A stretch of DNA of 48,005 nt from Polyangiales bacterium (lineage in GTDB: Bacteria > Myxococcota_A > Polyangia > Polyangiales > Houyiibacteriaceae), in NCBI GenBank assembly GCA_045106895.1, contig JBGCFM010000045.1:1-48005 (forward strand). Reading direction: 5' to 3'. Positions 1 through 11,164 of the stretch are shown one piece after another. The position numbers were made by a program, and so were the translations under genes. Position 1 is the first letter of the stretch. Every line of letters starts with the position of its first letter. The notes below the pieces were generated by a model. The model was given only the letters and a program-made list of their open reading frames with translations. It did no database searches and had not been told where the DNA came from.

Positions 1-1994
1 CTCCGTGGAGCCGCCGGGCTCGCCGCCGCTCACGAGGAACACGACGTTGAACATATTGAAGGTCCACACGGCGCCCATGGCGATGGCGGGGATCATCGTA
101 GGCCAGAGCATCGGCAGCGTGATGTAGCGCAGGCGCTGAAAAGGCGTCGCGCCGTCTACCTTGGCCGCTTCGTAGAGTTCTTTTGGGATCGCCGAGAGCG
201 CGCCGAGGGCGACGACCATCATGAAAGGAAAGCCGAGCCAGACGTTCGTCGTGATGTTCGCGGCAAACGCCGTGGCAAAGCGACTGAACCACTGAATCGA
301 CTCGCCGCCGGCGGCTTCGATAATGGCGTTGATGGCGCCGTACTGGCTGTGGAACATGCCCTTCCACGAGAGCGCCGTGACGTAGTTGGGGACCGCCCAA
401 GGGACGATGAGCAAGACGCGGTAGAGACCGCGGAAGCGCAGGCCGGGCCGGTGAAGGAGCAGCGCGAGGCCGATGCCGAGGCCGACGTGGAGCGCGAGGT
501 TGAGCGCCGTCCAGACAGCGGTGACGAAGAGGACGCGCCAAAACGAGCCGTTGGCAAAGAGACCGAGTCCGTCGCCGCTGAGAATCGCCGCGTAGTGCGT
601 AAAGCCGACGTATCGGATCTCGCTCCCGTCCGTGGCGAAGAGGCTCATGAGCGCGCCGACGACGAGAGGTCCGATGACGAGGAGGAGCACGGCTACGGCT
701 GCAACGCTGACGTAGCGATACGCCGGGAGTGAGCTTTTGACGGCGCTGCGGAACTCGCGACTTGTCGCTTTTTGCAGCGCGAAGAAGGCGAGGAGCATCA
801 GGAGAGCGCCGGCGAGGAGGAGACCGAAGGTCGTGTCCTTCTCTTCCGGGAGGGGGCGCGCGGCGCGGGCGAAGCGTGACTCGGCGTCGGCGAGGGCGAC
901 TTGTGGGTCCTGGCCGCCACGGACTACGGAGCGGATGGCGTGGCTGAGCGGCTCGAAGGTCTGGCTCATGTGAGGGTGGCTCGGCATGAGCACGCCATGG
1001 TTCGCAGCAGCTCGGAACGCGGCGAGACGCCCTTCTTCGGCGAGGTCGTCCCAGGCGCCGATGTGGCTGACCACCTGGCCGCCGATGCGCGCGCGAATGA
1101 GCGCGCTCTCCTCACCCGCGAGGAAGAGCGCGAGTCGTTCGGCCGTCGCGTTTGGTTCGCCGCTGGCGCGAAAGACGCCTTCGATCGTCACGAACGGCTG
1201 CATGGCCCCGCCACCTTCCAGGGCCGGGAGCGGAACGACGTCGTAGTTGAGTCCCGCGGGCAATGACGCGGCGAGCCATGGCCCGCTGATGGCGTAGGCA
1301 GCCTGTCCGCTGCCGAAAAGGCGGGCGACCAACGCGCCGGACGGCTCCGGCGGAATAAGGCCTGCGTCGAAGTAGTCCCGCAGTCGCGTCAGAGCCTCCG
1401 CGCCTTGCGTAGAATTGGCCGCAAGGTCCGCTGGGGGTAGAAAGACTTCCGCCCCGAACGCATGAAAGAAGGGCGCCGCGTAGTACGCGTTTTCGCCCTC
1501 TGTCACGAGCGGCCAAACCCCATCACGGAGCTCGATGCGAAGGCGCGCGTCGAGGGTGTTCTCGTCGTCCCTGACGAGGTCACGGTTTACGTAGAGCGCG
1601 AGTGCCTTTGCCGAGAGCGGGAACCCGAACTGTTGGTTCTCGACTGTCAGCGCATCGAGCTGGGAAGCTTCAACGTTCGGGCGGTCGGCGATGGCGAGGG
1701 CCTGAACGATTCCGAGCGCCGCGTAGCGACCGAGGCGCTCATGGGCGTCGATGAAGAGGTCGGGGCCGTTCCCTGTCCGGACGGCGGACTCAAGGCGTGA
1801 AGCGAGGACGCCGAAAGGAAGGCGAACGGCGTCGACGCTCGCTCCTTCACTTTCCTCGAACGCCGTCAGCACCTCCTCGAGCGCTGCGGCTTCGCGATCA
1901 TCGTAGGCGTGCCAGAGAACGACGTCTTGCGCCTCGACATAGCCGGCGCTCATCGCGAGCAAGCAAGTAAGCGCCCATGTTGAGAGCCAACGCT

Positions 1995-1998
<4 letters not shown>
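1..1998 (-). CDS. Fused maltodextrin ABC solute-binding protein (MalE-like) + permease (MalF-like); 3' end runs off the window
   Basis: Absent from the ORF track because it has no stop inside the window. Manual translation from ATG 1998 (ATGA overlap with the malK stop) gives signal peptide MKRWLSTWALTCLLAMSAGYVEAQ, then VVLWHAY...GNGPDLFIDAHERLGRY (MalE-like). The same frame near position 1 reads TNVWLGFPFMMVVALGALSAIPKELYEAAKVDGATPFQRLRYITLP (EAA loop). Confidence 0.9.
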
Positions 1999-3026
<1,028 letters not shown>

Positions 3027-3029
3027 GTG

Positions 3030-5258
3030 TCACTCCGCGTAGAGATAGCGAACGCTGCGCGGCGGCATCGAGAGCCGGCCGCTCGTGAGGTCAACACGTT
3101 CGCCGCTCAGCTCATCGACGGTCTCGAAGAGGAAGTCCGCCGGAACATCAAAGACGGCGTCCGCCGTGTCGGTGCCCACGTGGATCACCACGAGGACGGC
3201 GTCTTCGCCGGTGCCGCGCTCCACGACGAGCATGGTCTCCGTGGCGAGGAGCGTATTGTAGTCGCGGCTTCGAAGCCCAGGCAGATTTCGTCGGGCCTGA
3301 AGAAGGGTGCTGACGCGCGCTCGCTGAGCGCTCTCGACGGGCGAGAGCTCGTCGCCGAAGCGCATGCGGTGACGGTTGTCGGGGTCCGCGGCGCCGTACT
3401 CGCCGTACTCGTCGCCGTAGTAAAGAAGCGGCGCGCCGGGGAGCATGAGCATCCAGCCGAAGGCGGTGTACATGCGGTCGTAGGGTTCGCTGTTGCCCGG
3501 AGCCGGCGGCAAGTTCTCCCACTGATTTCCAGCTTGGTCGGGGTTTGCAGAGCGGCTCACAAAGCGCGGCACATCGTGACTGCCGATGTAGGGAGTCATG
3601 ATGGAGTCCGCCGGGTAGCGCTCCATGCTCGCTTGGCTCCAGAAGTCGATGTGCGCCATGCCGCGGCCAGGTTCGTCGTTGAGGAACTGCGATGCGCCTG
3701 CGTAGTAGAGGACGAAGTCGAACTGTCCGTCGAGGGCGTTGGGCCCGATGTAGCGCGAGATGGTGTCGTAGTTCTCGCCGTTGCCGCCATCGTAAGGCCC
3801 GTTGTTCGGGTCCCAGCCCATGGCCGTCTCGCCCATGAGGAAGTAGTGCGTGCCCGCCGTCTGGAACTCTTCACGCACGCGCGTGCCGAGGTTGAGAATG
3901 GCCACGTCTTCGACGTGCTTGACGGCGTCGATGCGGAATCCGTCGAGGTCGTATTCCTCGAGCCAGTAGAGGGAGTCCTCGATGAACTGCTCCGACGCAT
4001 CCGTGTTCTGCCAGTTCACGTCGGGCATGTAGGGGCGGAAGAGACAGTCCAGGCGGCGCGCGGTCCAGTCGCAATCGCCTTCGCCGCAGACGCAGCCTTG
4101 GTTGAACCAGCTGGGATGCTGCGTGTAGTAAGGGTGGTCTTCGTGTACGTGGTTGGCGACGAGGTCCATGAGGATGCGGATGCCGCGCGCGTGGGCTGCT
4201 TCGACGAGGCCGTGGAGTGCGTCCGCGCCGCCGATGCGCGTGTCGACGATGATGGGCTCCGTCGGCCAGTAGCCGTGGTAGCCGCCGACTTCAAAGCGCC
4301 CTTGGCTGTCGATATATGCGCCTTCGGGGTTCTGGTTGAAGGGCGTGAGCCACATCGCGTTGACGCCCAAGTCGTCGAAGTAGCCTTCTTCGATGGCTGC
4401 GGTGAGGCCCTGCAAATCGCCCCCTTCGAAGCCCGCGCCGCTGGCCGTTTCAAGCTCCACGTCATTGGACGTGTCGCCGTTGCGAAAGCGGTCCGTCATT
4501 GCCATGTAGATGATGGCGTCGTTCCAATCGAAGGGCGTCTCTTCCACCCAGAAAGGCATCAGCACGCGCGGGCTCTCATTGCCCAGTTCGTCCCGTGCGC
4601 GAAGGGCGACGGTGTGCTTGCCCGTCGTGAGTCCGCTGAGGCTGATGTTCAGCGTGTTTCCCGTGACGCTGGCTTCGGCGGCGTTGAGCGCGCGCTCAAC
4701 GCCACTGCTTCGCAGCACGCCGATGACCTCAAGGGACGACGCGTCGTCATATAGAGAGCGGATAGAGACACTCGCTTCAAGACCACCACCGGCGAGGGTG
4801 GTGCTCTCGACGTGAAGCTGTGGCTTGGAGCAGTCGGGGACACGAAGTCCGGAGTTTTCCACGCCTTCGACGAAGACGCGGTAGTCGTTCACCGGGTCGA
4901 GGCGCCACGGATCACCGCCGCCGTCTTCGACGACGAGCTTGTAGCCGTAGAGGCCAGGCTCGAGACGGAGCGTGAGCGAGTACAGGCCCGTGCCGTCGTC
5001 GATGAGCTCATCTTCGTTGTCGGCGAAGTCGTTCCACTCGCCGCCGGCGAAGACCCGCGGCGTCGAGGCTGTGGTTCGGTAGGTGATCGTCGCGTCGCAG
5101 AGCCCGTCAAAGCCGGGCGGAGGTGCGGCGTCGAATACGTCGGCGGCTCCGTCGATGGCGCCGTCGAAGTTGGGTCCTGCGTCGCTGGACGAGGAGTCGT
5201 CGTCGCCGCAGGCGGCGAGTGAAAGCGTGAGGGCGCAGAGCAAAGCGAGATTGCGCAT
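3030..5258 (-). CDS. Lipoprotein GH13 alpha-amylase-family enzyme with N-terminal CBM48/E-set-like module
   Basis: Lipobox LSLAAC; AGEWN/YGYKLVV carbohydrate-binding-like module; GH13 regions TDRFRNGD, GGDLQG, YHGYWP, DLVANH, DGFRIDAVKH, MGE, GSHD, YYGDEYG. Start could be ATG 5258 or GTG 5261. Confidence 0.92.
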   Translation of the reverse strand: MRNLALLCALTLSLAACGDDDSSSSDAGPNFDGAIDGAADVFDAAPPPGFDGLCDATITYRTTASTPRVFAGGEWNDFADNEDELIDDGTGLYSLTLRLEPGLYGYKLVVEDGGGDPWRLDPVNDYRVFVEGVENSGLRVPDCSKPQLHVESTTLAGGGLEASVSIRSLYDDASSLEVIGVLRSSGVERALNAAEASVTGNTLNISLSGLTTGKHTVALRARDELGNESPRVLMPFWVEETPFDWNDAIIYMAMTDRFRNGDTSNDVELETASGAGFEGGDLQGLTAAIEEGYFDDLGVNAMWLTPFNQNPEGAYIDSQGRFEVGGYHGYWPTEPIIVDTRIGGADALHGLVEAAHARGIRILMDLVANHVHEDHPYYTQHPSWFNQGCVCGEGDCDWTARRLDCLFRPYMPDVNWQNTDASEQFIEDSLYWLEEYDLDGFRIDAVKHVEDVAILNLGTRVREEFQTAGTHYFLMGETAMGWDPNNGPYDGGNGENYDTISRYIGPNALDGQFDFVLYYAGASQFLNDEPGRGMAHIDFWSQASMERYPADSIMTPYIGSHDVPRFVSRSANPDQAGNQWENLPPAPGNSEPYDRMYTAFGWMLMLPGAPLLYYGDEYGEYGAADPDNRHRMRFGDELSPVESAQRARVSTLLQARRNLPGLRSRDYNTLLATETMLVVERGTGEDAVLVVIHVGTDTADAVFDVPADFLFETVDELSGERVDLTSGRLSMPPRSVRYLYAE

Positions 5259-7606
5259 CACTGTGCTCCCTTCCGGCGCCAGAACATCAGCGCGAAGAAG
5301 CCGAGGAGGCTAAGCGGCGCCGTGCCGTGGCTTGGAGTCGCCGAGCACCCACCGTCGTCCATGCCCGTACCTGCATCGAGGCCAGGTCCACCGTCGCCGC
5401 CGATGCTCGGTCCCGCGTCGAAGCCGGGCCCGCCATCAAAACCAGGTCCGCCGTCAAAGCCGGGTCCAGCATCGACGCCCGGTCCCGCGTCGCCGGGTGG
5501 CGGTGCGTCACCTTCGTCGGCGTAGGCGCCGCAGGCAGCAGCCATCGGCGCTTGCGTGGACACGATGTATGCGCCGCCGCCGAAGCCGACCATCGGAATC
5601 GAGCCCGCGTAGTTTCCTTCGTCCGCCGTCAGAAGCTCGGAGATCTGTAGGTCGTTGGCGCGGGCCTGGTTCGTCAGCCACGTGTCGAGCTGCGAGCGGC
5701 GCGCGTCGTCGGTGAGCGTCGGCAAGAGGCGGAGGTCCACGAAGACCCACTCCTGGGAGTCGTACCAGCCGCCGTCGTCGTTACGCATCAGCCCGTTGCC
5801 CGTGGCCACGGTGAGGTTGTCGAGGAGTGCGCGCTGCGTCGCCAGAGCGATGCGTCCGGCGGGCTGAATCACGCCCCAGTTCACCGCTTCCACAGTGGCG
5901 GCGTCGAGGTAACCGCTGCCGGCGAGGAGGTCCTCGGCGCTCTGGGCCAAGGTTCCGCGCGCGTCCGTGTGGCGATTTACGAGCGCGTCGCCGATGCCCT
6001 GTGCGGCTTCCGAGTAGCGCGTGGCGATGTCTGCTTCGCCCATGCGCGTGGCCATCGCCGAAGCGTCACAGAGCCCGCGCACGGCGGCGAGGGATGTGTA
6101 GGTGAAGCGGCGCTGGTTGCCGTTCCAGTGAACCTCCCAGATGGACGAGTCGGCGGCGATGACGCCGCTGGGATCGATGAGCGACACGAGGACTTCGGCG
6201 ATCTCGTCGCGGACAACTTCCCAGTTGTCCGTGAGCAACGCCATATCGCCGCCGGCGTCCAGGTAGAGGCCCATCGTCCAGAGGAAGAGACCAAAGCCGT
6301 CGAACTCGATGTTGGGCCCTGCATCGTTGCAGTCGCTCTCTTCCATGCCGTTGCCGAAGTAGCGGGTGATGGAAATCCGGTAGGGGCGGCCTACTTCGTC
6401 CGTGTGGCGTCCGCGGGGTGCGTTGAGCTGGAAGTGCAGGGCGTCACGCGCTTCCTGCATATGACCGCTCCGAATCAGCCCTGCGACAGCGTAAGCCATG
6501 TCGCGGACCCAAGAGATATTCCACTGAGCGTCGACGAAGCCGAGCCCAGGTGGAAGGCTCGCGAGGATTTGCCCGAAGCCGTCGCCTTCTTCGCGGATCT
6601 GGCCCATGCGTAGAACAACGAGACTCTGGTCGTAGACGTCTTGCTCAAGTCCAAGACTTGCGGCGTCGGTTACTCCTTCTGCGCGCCAATCGGTCCACTC
6701 TTCGCGCATCTTCGCAAACGCCTCATCGGCGCCGAGCCAAGTGCGGAAGGCTTCGACGTCTGGGCCGGCGTCTTCGTCGAGGGCCCAGATGAGCGCCACG
6801 GAGAAGGTCGTTGAGGCGCCGGCTGCGAGGCTCTCAGTTTCGCCCTGAAGTGCAGGGGCCACGTCCGCGACGCCGTCGGCTGCGCGGTTGTCGTCGAGAT
6901 CATCGCCGCGGCGAAGTGACTCGAAGGCGCCGGCGCCACCAAGCGATGCGGTGGCGTGGGCGATGGGCGAGAGCGCAGCGTAGGCCATGGTGCCTTGGCT
7001 CGGGCCGTACTCGTAGAAGGTCTGACGCGTTTCGTCCCATGAGACGCCTTCGCCTTCAGTCCCGGGCTCGCGACCACCGCCGGCGTTGCCGAGGCGGAAG
7101 TTGAACAGCGCGTAGGGCGATACATCGACGGCGTCGCCGCCTTCGTTGGTGACGGTCAAGCTCATGACGAGGGCAGGCTGCTCAAGGCCGAAGGGCATCG
7201 CGTAGCGCGTTTCCAGGAGGAGCTCGCCGGCGCGTTGTACGACGCGGATGATGTTGGTGCCTTGCTCGTGCTCAGCGCTCACCACCGGAAGGTCTCCGAG
7301 CCAGGTTCCAGTCCCGCCGGCGCGGATACCGAAGTAGCTGTCGAAGGCCAAGTCCCGCGACTCGTCCGCCTCGAAGCAGAGGTCTTCGCGGTCTTCGCGC
7401 GGCGCGTTGAAGCGGTACGCGTGCTCCATGAACGTGTCGATGCGTGAGGTCTCGCGGTTGAAGCTGGCGATGGCGTGACCATTGCCCGTGACGATCCGGT
7501 TGAAGCTTCGGTCTTGGGCGGACGCAGCCGTCGCGAGGGTGCTGAGAGCCGTGGTGAGCCCGAGGGCGCAGAGGAGGATTCGGGTCGTCTTCTTCAACAA
7601 GTTCAT
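5258..7606 (-). CDS. Secreted GH15-like glucoamylase/glucodextranase with C-terminal MYXO-CTERM sorting signal
   Basis: Sec signal peptide; SWVRDMAY and IWEVH (GH15 general-acid region), TYTS, late ISE motif; C-terminus GGCSATPSHGTAPLSLLGFFALMFWRRK. Confidence 0.85.
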   Translation of the reverse strand: MNLLKKTTRILLCALGLTTALSTLATAASAQDRSFNRIVTGNGHAIASFNRETSRIDTFMEHAYRFNAPREDREDLCFEADESRDLAFDSYFGIRAGGTGTWLGDLPVVSAEHEQGTNIIRVVQRAGELLLETRYAMPFGLEQPALVMSLTVTNEGGDAVDVSPYALFNFRLGNAGGGREPGTEGEGVSWDETRQTFYEYGPSQGTMAYAALSPIAHATASLGGAGAFESLRRGDDLDDNRAADGVADVAPALQGETESLAAGASTTFSVALIWALDEDAGPDVEAFRTWLGADEAFAKMREEWTDWRAEGVTDAASLGLEQDVYDQSLVVLRMGQIREEGDGFGQILASLPPGLGFVDAQWNISWVRDMAYAVAGLIRSGHMQEARDALHFQLNAPRGRHTDEVGRPYRISITRYFGNGMEESDCNDAGPNIEFDGFGLFLWTMGLYLDAGGDMALLTDNWEVVRDEIAEVLVSLIDPSGVIAADSSIWEVHWNGNQRRFTYTSLAAVRGLCDASAMATRMGEADIATRYSEAAQGIGDALVNRHTDARGTLAQSAEDLLAGSGYLDAATVEAVNWGVIQPAGRIALATQRALLDNLTVATGNGLMRNDDGGWYDSQEWVFVDLRLLPTLTDDARRSQLDTWLTNQARANDLQISELLTADEGNYAGSIPMVGFGGGAYIVSTQAPMAAACGAYADEGDAPPPGDAGPGVDAGPGFDGGPGFDGGPGFDAGPSIGGDGGPGLDAGTGMDDGGCSATPSHGTAPLSLLGFFALMFWRRKGAQ
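5360..5498 (-). repeat. Degenerate 18-bp tandem repeat encoding a PG(F/V/L)D(G/A)G linker
   Basis: Translation PGDAGPGVDAGPGFDGGPGFDGGPGFDAGPSIGGDGGPGLDAG between the catalytic domain and the MYXO-CTERM. Confidence 0.85.
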
Positions 7607-9381
7607 GGGGTCTCCTGATAGTCCGCTTCGGGGACAAGAATAACTGCGCCAAAGGCGTCGACGGCGACGTTGAGCTGGCCGCCGCCGCTCACTGTGTATC
7701 GATCGCCGGTGAGGGCATCGATGAGCACGCTGCCGGGCGCTGCGCCGACGATCATGCTCTCGCCACCGAGTGTCGACGCGCTTGTTTCACTGCGGTGTCG
7801 ACCTTGGGCGTTGATGACGACGAGGGCGTAGTCGCCCTCGTCTGTCGTTCGTTCGAAAGCGACGATGCCGGCGTCTTGCTCGTCGCCGGTGCGATCCGTG
7901 ACCCAGCGGATGTCGAAGCTGCCGCGGCGAAGCGCACGGTAGGTGCTGCGGATGCGCGTGAGGCGGCGAATCCACTCGAATGTCTCGCCGTCGCGCGGCA
8001 TGCCGGTTTCCCAGAGCACTTCGCGGTTCGCCGGGTCGTTCCCGCCGGCGAAGTCTTGCTCCGTGCCGTAGTAGAGGCAGGGCACGCCGTCTTCGGTGAG
8101 CAGGTACGCCAATGACGCACGCATCGCGCGCACGTCGTCGGACTCAAACAAGAAGCGTGGCAGGTCGTGGTTGTCGATGAAGTTGATGAGCACGTCGTGG
8201 GGCGCGACGCCGACGCCGCCTTCTTGGGGGCGGTTGCCGTAGTTGATGGCGCGCTGCTCGTAGAGCTCCTGGATCTTCGTCGTCGGCCCGCCACGCATGA
8301 ACACGTCACCGAAGACCTGGAACTTCTGCGGAAAGTAGAAGACCGAGTCGAGGCGTCCCGGCGTTGTGTAGCTGCCGACAAGTGCGTCGTCGCCGTCGAA
8401 GGCTTCGCCGAACATGAGGAAGTTGTTCTTGCCCGCGGCGGCGAGGTTCCGGCGTAACGCTGGCGCAAAGGTCTCCCAGAACTCGTATTCAACATGCTTG
8501 ATGGTGTCGATTCGGTAGCCGTCGATGTCCGTAAGCAAGACCCACTCGGTGAACACGCGGATGAGCTCCTCGCGGACCGTCCGGTTCTGCGTGTTGATGT
8601 CCTTGAGGCCACCGGGGAAGTCGCCGAAGACGACCTGCTCGGAGATGTTGAAGTCTGTCACGCGGCCGCGGCGGTTGTACGCTTCGGGGAGCCGGAAGAT
8701 CGCGGGGCCCGGAGGCACGCGGTAGATGTCCGGCATGTCGAAGAACGAAATCGGCGCGGCGCCGGCTTCGCCGAGGGACGTGAACGACTGAATGCCGCGC
8801 GGGTCGTAGTCCGGGTCGTACTCCGTGACGCGGCCGAGGGGGCTCGTGGAGCCGGAGCCGAAGACGCTCTCGTCCGGGCGGCCGTTGAGGTTGATGTCGT
8901 AGTAGAACACCTGGCCCATGTGGTTGGTGACGATGTCCACGATGACCTTGATGCCTCGCTCGTGGCAGGCATTGACCATGGCACGAAGCGACGCGAGGTC
9001 GCCGAAGTGCGGGTTGAGCCGCTCCATGTCCACCTGCCAGTAGCCGTGGTAGCCATCGACGCCGGCGTCGGAGTCCACGTTCAACACGATGGGGCTGATC
9101 CACAACGCAGTGACGCCGAGGTCCTCGAGGTAGTCGAGCTCATCGACGATGCCTTGGTAGTCGCCGCCTTGGTAACGCGCGAGGTCGCCGGGCGACGTTC
9201 GCACATCGTTGCGCGCCGTCCCGTTCTGGAAGCGGTCCGTCAGCAGCTGGTAGATGACCTCGTCGCGCCAGTCTTCGACGTGGGTCTCGACCTCCACGCG
9301 CTGAACTTCGGCGATCTCCGCTGGAGTGCACGCGAAAAGGGAGACAAGAAGGAAGGAGAGAAAGCTGTGCGTCGTTTTCAT
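7603..9381 (-). CDS. Lipoprotein GH13 alpha-amylase-family enzyme
   Basis: Start MKTTHSF (ATG 9381 overlaps the porin stop); lipobox SLFAC; WRDEVIYQLLTDRF, YHGYW, DIVTNH, DGYRIDTIKH, FGE, IDNHD, YYGTEQ. Confidence 0.93.
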   Translation of the reverse strand: MKTTHSFLSFLLVSLFACTPAEIAEVQRVEVETHVEDWRDEVIYQLLTDRFQNGTARNDVRTSPGDLARYQGGDYQGIVDELDYLEDLGVTALWISPIVLNVDSDAGVDGYHGYWQVDMERLNPHFGDLASLRAMVNACHERGIKVIVDIVTNHMGQVFYYDINLNGRPDESVFGSGSTSPLGRVTEYDPDYDPRGIQSFTSLGEAGAAPISFFDMPDIYRVPPGPAIFRLPEAYNRRGRVTDFNISEQVVFGDFPGGLKDINTQNRTVREELIRVFTEWVLLTDIDGYRIDTIKHVEYEFWETFAPALRRNLAAAGKNNFLMFGEAFDGDDALVGSYTTPGRLDSVFYFPQKFQVFGDVFMRGGPTTKIQELYEQRAINYGNRPQEGGVGVAPHDVLINFIDNHDLPRFLFESDDVRAMRASLAYLLTEDGVPCLYYGTEQDFAGGNDPANREVLWETGMPRDGETFEWIRRLTRIRSTYRALRRGSFDIRWVTDRTGDEQDAGIVAFERTTDEGDYALVVINAQGRHRSETSASTLGGESMIVGAAPGSVLIDALTGDRYTVSGGGQLNVAVDAFGAVILVPEADYQETP

Positions 9382-11075
9382 AGCGCGTAACTCGTGCTGT
9401 CGAACCACCACTCGGCGCCGATTCCAATGAAGTGCTCAACGCCGCTGCCGCTGCGTGGATCCTCCACCGGATAAAGGGCCTGAGCGCCCTCGTCGCGGAG
9501 TGAGACATTGTAGATCAGGCGAAGGCGAGGCCGCGCGAAGGTGCCGCGCCCCGCCAAGCTGATGAAGGGGATGATGCCGATCTTCGTGACGCCGCCTCGA
9601 AGGGCTTGGCCGCTTCGCTCGTCGAGCGCTGCCAGGGCGAGGGCCTGGTAGGAGAAGTCGACGCTCACGCCGGCGAAGTCGCCGAAGAAGACCTGTGGGC
9701 GAATATTGATGGCGCCTTCGTTGAAAGCGCCGCCGCCGAAGGTGTTGACGTCGGCGTCGCGGAAGCTGCGGTAGTAAGCGCCGAGCTGCACGCCGAAGAG
9801 CGAGTACTCAAAGTTGGCGCTGATGGCGACGAGGGCTTCCCGCGCGGAGTCGCTCGGCACAACGCGTCCGCGCCGAAAGGGCGCGTCGAAGGTGTCGTAG
9901 GCGGCGAGTCCACGTGCGTAGCGCGCGAAGATGTTCACGAAGCTGCGTTCCGTGTGTGTGCCGTTGCTGCGTGGCACGGCGGGGCGCGCAGTGCCGCGGT
10001 TCCGCCAGAGGCCGACCTGCGCGCCAATGAGGTAGCCGCTGTCGTTTGGAAGCGTTTCGACGCTGCCGTTCTCCGTCGTTCGCTGTCCGGCGGGAAGGTT
10101 GTGAACCTCGCCGTAGAGCACGAGTTTGACGCCGAAGTTTGGGGTGCTGATGGGCGAAATCGTTGTGCGAAGTGCCGTGACGACGCGCGGCCGGTCGAGG
10201 AGCGAAAGACTCACGGGGTCGAAACCCCGCCGCGCAACGACGTCACGTGTTTGAAGGTAGAAGGGGTCCCGGGGCCGTCCGATGCCCACGTGAAGCCGGA
10301 AGGAGAGCAGGTTCTTGTAGCGGTACGCTGCGCCGCCGCCGACGATGTTGAGGTTGTCCAGCGGCCACCAGTTGAGAAGATAGACGTCGTCGCCGCGAAC
10401 CATGCGCGAGCCGGCCCAGATGGAGAGACCTGGCAAGAGCGCGCCGCGAATCTCCGCGAAGAGGTTTCGGACCGCGAGCTGTTCGTCGAAGTCCCCGTCG
10501 AGATGGAAGAGCGGGCCGGAGAGCGCAAGCGTTGCGACGACCTTGGAGTAGATGCCCGGCGCCAGGAGGTCCTCGCGGCGCAGCTCGAGTTCCGCGTAGA
10601 CGTCCTCGTCGATGCGCGAGCCGTAGGCGACGATGTTCGTGCTGCGACCGAGGCCGCCGTTCAAGTCCGAGGCTGCGTTGACGCGACCGTAGCTGCCGAA
10701 TGCGAAGCGGTGTGGGGGCTCTTCTTCGTCCTCTTCTGCTTCCTCCGCTTGGGTGTTCGCGTCACCTTCGGCGTCTTCGACGCTCTCCTCAGCCGCGTCT
10801 TCGACAACGACCTCCGGTGTCAGCACAGGCTCAGGTACGACGGTTTCCACGATCGGGTCTGGATCCGTATCCGATGGGACTTCGTCCTCCAGGGCGTCGG
10901 CGATTGGGCCTTCCTCCACCGGCGCGACGTCCACGTCGCTCGATTCGTCGGGATCGGCTGAGGGAAGGTCCTGGGCGTGCAGCGGAGCCGCGCTGAGAAG
11001 GCAGAGAAGTACGCCCAAAGACGACCCAAACGCGCCTGAACCCTTTTTAGCCGGTGTTTGATTGACGTAACTCAT
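9378..11075 (-). CDS. LamB/maltoporin-like carbohydrate porin with an acidic N-terminal extension
   Basis: FGSYGRV, YAELEL, IWAGSRMVRGDDVYLLNWWPLDN and terminal GAEWWF parallel LamB motifs; amphipathic beta-strands; signal peptide ending PLHA-Q. The true start is uncertain and may lie downstream of 11075. Confidence 0.82.
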   Translation of the reverse strand: MSYVNQTPAKKGSGAFGSSLGVLLCLLSAAPLHAQDLPSADPDESSDVDVAPVEEGPIADALEDEVPSDTDPDPIVETVVPEPVLTPEVVVEDAAEESVEDAEGDANTQAEEAEEDEEEPPHRFAFGSYGRVNAASDLNGGLGRSTNIVAYGSRIDEDVYAELELRREDLLAPGIYSKVVATLALSGPLFHLDGDFDEQLAVRNLFAEIRGALLPGLSIWAGSRMVRGDDVYLLNWWPLDNLNIVGGGAAYRYKNLLSFRLHVGIGRPRDPFYLQTRDVVARRGFDPVSLSLLDRPRVVTALRTTISPISTPNFGVKLVLYGEVHNLPAGQRTTENGSVETLPNDSGYLIGAQVGLWRNRGTARPAVPRSNGTHTERSFVNIFARYARGLAAYDTFDAPFRRGRVVPSDSAREALVAISANFEYSLFGVQLGAYYRSFRDADVNTFGGGAFNEGAINIRPQVFFGDFAGVSVDFSYQALALAALDERSGQALRGGVTKIGIIPFISLAGRGTFARPRLRLIYNVSLRDEGAQALYPVEDPRSGSGVEHFIGIGAEWWFDSTSYAL

Positions 11076-11093
11076 GAATGAGTTACTACTCAT
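11067..11093. promoter_or_regulatory. Palindromic operator, likely TrmB-binding site
   Basis: Perfect inverted repeat GTAACTCAT-GA-ATGAGTTAC (11067-11086) plus a third half-site ACTCAT (11088-11093) in the AT-richer divergent region; TTGACG at 11062-11067. Confidence 0.7.
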
Positions 11094-11164
11094 GTCAGGG
11101 GCTCCGGCCCCCGTCAAGACACCTTCGTTTCTTTCCTGTCACTCGCGATTCCGATTCCCAGCCC

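Noticed and set aside
3027..4754. Long antisense ORFs (e.g. 3027-4754 +, 9606-10961 +, 12961-14097 -, 37470-38777 +, 39377-41026 +)
   Set aside because: They lie opposite well-supported genes, lack recognisable motifs, and are expected shadows of high-GC codon bias.
5360..5498. 18-bp repeats as a CRISPR or DNA-level repeat element
   Set aside because: No spacers; variation is mostly synonymous, consistent with a protein linker.
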